A DNA stretch of 64,000 nt from Eledone cirrhosa (Eukaryota), in the NCBI GenBank assembly GCA_964016885.1, contig OZ024741.1, positions 385,640,001 to 385,704,000 on the forward strand, in the 5' to 3' direction. The position numbers and the translations under genes are program-made. Positions 61,232-64,000 of this stretch are shown piece after piece. How positions within the stretch are numbered: position 1 is the first letter of the stretch; every line of letters begins with the position of its first letter. Under the pieces are notes generated by a model that saw nothing but the letters and a program-made list of their open reading frames with translations, made no database searches and was not told where the DNA came from.

Positions 61232-63635
61232 ACATACATATATATAAAATAAACATATCAAACATTGACAGGGGATAATTTGTAAATTGATCGTCTGGTT
61301 CTATTTAGCAAGGATACATTCATGTAAAAAGATTGATACAGCAGAAATGAAACTACTCTCTTCCTTAACCCTTTAGCATTTACATTATTCTATATTTACT
61401 ATTATATGTTCATGGTAAAGGCTTTACCTCATATAATATCGAATCTATGAGGATTTGATATTATTTATTTTGAGAACAATACCTTAACATCAGTATGAGC
61501 AGCTGGTTTAAATGCTAAAGGGATAAGATAAAACAGGCTTGCAAATATACTGATTGTATCTTAATTAAAAGAATTATATCTTTGCAGAAACTCTTTGGCA
61601 CTATTTGTTCCAATGTAAAAACTATCATTAAAAAAGTATCAAGAATCGAGATACAATTTATTGTAAAATATCTACCATCTATAAACAAAATCTTTGAGTA
61701 CATGGAGGTTATGAAAAGATTTAACAACAGAACCTCCTAGCTGCTTCACAGCTTCCCTTGCTTCATATTTTTTACCTATTTTTATTCTTATTTTGCCTCC
61801 AGTTGGCCTTCCCTGTTTAATTTTTAAATTTTATTTTATTCTAATGTTTATTTTTATATTCACTTATCTCTGTATATCCTTTTTTTTTTTGTTTCTCAAC
61901 TGTAAGAAGTACTAGATACTTCCCTTAGTCTGTCACGGTTTACTAGCTCTATACGGACGTTTGAATTGATTATATAAATAAATACTACACCCTCAATTCT
62001 GGAGCGGGCCAGATTACCCCAGAAACGATGAAAAACATGTCTGATGGAATTACACTTTGCCCTTGGGTTATGGGTAGAAGCCTCGTACAGGACGCTATTG
62101 TTAACTCTTTCACACATCGTAAATGCTGCATCTGACGTGACAGTTACTTCACCCATAACTGAACAGAATAAATTACTGAAATACCATAAACATTTTTCAG
62201 CCCCTGGCATTCAAGATGTTTGTCGGAGTTGGGCTGCTGACATTTGTCATCACTGGCAACTCGAATTAGTCAAATATCAGGTAATGTTCACAGGCACGCT
62301 TGGCTATTTAAGTAACTCAGACTTGCTATCACCCGTGCTAAGGCGGTCACATGGTAGCATGCCCCCACCACCACTGCCATCTTTCTAAGTCATATTTTTT
62401 TTTATTTGTTTCCTTTGTAAATCATAAGACATATTAAACCAGAAATAGATATAAATACATTTCATAAAAGCAACTCAAAGAAGCTTGAGTGTCAACACAG
62501 AGGATATACTATATATATATACATATATGTTCCCAAAATACAATTCTGCTATGAGCTGGGTATGGCATGGCCAACTGGCAAAACCCTCCTCAGTACCACA
62601 CCGTAAACATGGTTGGTGTTAGGAAGGACATCTAGCTGTAAAACAAGCAGCTAAAATACAGTTCTGTTTGAGCAAGGTACAGTGTGGCCAACTGGTCAGT
62701 CTTGTCTCATAACGTGGACAACAAGTCCAACCCATGCAAGTATGGAAAAATAAGAAGTTAAATGGCTATGATGATGATTGAAAAAAAAAAATACTTCCTA
62801 GAACGCATGCTTGATTGCAGCATTCTATGTAAAGTTGCTTAAGTCATGGATTTTCTTTAATCTTCACTCAGGCTATCACCCTATTTCATGTTACATCCAT
62901 TTAAACCAATTACAATAATTTTCTTTAATCATTGTTAAACATATATCTACTAATTGCAATGACTTTGTTCTACCTATGTATCTATCTTTGGGTTGCTGTT
63001 TTTGGAATTCATGCTTTGTTGTTGTTCTTGTCCAGAGGTAGATATATTGGTAAATATAAAGACATAGACAGGTAGATATTTAGACAGATGTGGTTTCTAT
63101 TTTACAGGTAGATAGCTGTTGCTAAACCACTGACCAGAGTTTGGATATATCTTGTCAACACTGTAAGATAGAGAGATTGGAGTGGGGGATATCAAAGCAC
63201 ATACATACTCAAATTATCACTCCCAAACCAATCTAGTTCAAAGTATGTCATATGATCATGTTTTCTTATGATACTAGGAGAGATACCCAGCAATGCCTGG
63301 ATATTTTATGAAAGTAAAAATGTTTTGGCGCATATTACAAAACATTTGAAATATGATTGCTGTATTTTAACTAAAGTAGAAATTATAGTAGAATATTTAT
63401 TGTCACTTGTTCAAAGCAAATCATCTAGATAAAAATATTGTTAGTTTTGTCCAGTGGTGTTGTTTTAAATACTACTCCCTTTTACAATCAGTATATATAA
63501 TGCTTCACACCTAGATGAAAGTTCGTCTGCTTGTGTTAACTTTAGAGAGAAAGAAAAAGTTGAAGAACGCTGACACACACACATACAGATGTCTCCAACC
63601 TAACGCCAACACACACATACACACGTCTCTAACCT

Positions 63636-63824
63636 AATAATTGTTTCTACTTTTGGCACAAGGCCAGCAATTATCCAGTACATTACTGGTACTTTATTTT
63701 ATCGACCCCATAAGGATGAAAGGTAAAGTTAACCTCGGCGGGATTTGAACTCAGACCGTAAAGGGACGTAACTATGCTGGAAAGCATGGCATCCGACTCT
63801 CTACCGATACTGCCAATCCACCGC
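63636..63824 (-). mobile_element. Second-family SINE (further related copies near 16750, 16936, 32690, 33035, 44513, 48353)
   Basis: Near-identical to the 23522 copy. Confidence 0.82.
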
Positions 63825-64000
63825 TAATAATGCAGTCACACACATACGTTTCTAACTTAAGAACACTGACATGCGTGTCCACACACATACCCACTTTAAT
63901 GAGAAAAGAAGTTAGGAGAGAGTTAAAATGTGAGTAAAGATTAGTTTGTTTACGTTCCCATCCCCAATTTATAAAACACAGCTATCACTCACTTTCTTTC

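Noticed and set aside
60124-61270. ATTGACA near both ends of the degenerate RTE as a possible TSD
   Set aside because: Only 7 bp and ~30 nt away from the 5' junction in AT-rich sequence
61896-62388. Overlapping 104- and 114-aa ORFs
   Set aside because: No recognisable domain or convincing splice context

Overview
AT-rich, repeat-dense animal genomic DNA, most likely an octopus (inferred from the repeat families). Two host genes lie tail-to-tail. MCMBP (+ strand) has 13 coding exons visible at 16510-36577, its N-terminal exons lie upstream of the window, and it contains a U12-type AT-AC (or AT-AA) intron. ILF2/NF45 (- strand) is complete: 14 coding exons at 58450-37245, 401 aa, plus a short 3'UTR intron. 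Positions 1-15.5 kb are long (TA)n tracts holding several copies of one RTE-clade LINE family (one full-length with an intact 1080-aa ORF), a Penelope fragment and a 200-N gap that probably creates a false duplication. A second, diverged full-length RTE sits in an MCMBP intron. It is inserted into a 29-bp minisatellite and preceded by about 5.2 tandem copies of a ~510-bp unit that runs into its 5'UTR. Both RTE families carry a C4HC3 PHD-type finger just after the RT YADD region. The introns also hold tRNA-derived SINEs, TTAA-flanked MITEs, CRE and Merlin relics, hammerhead-like motifs and a large hairpin next to an ILF2 splice donor. All calls were made by eye and no searches were run.
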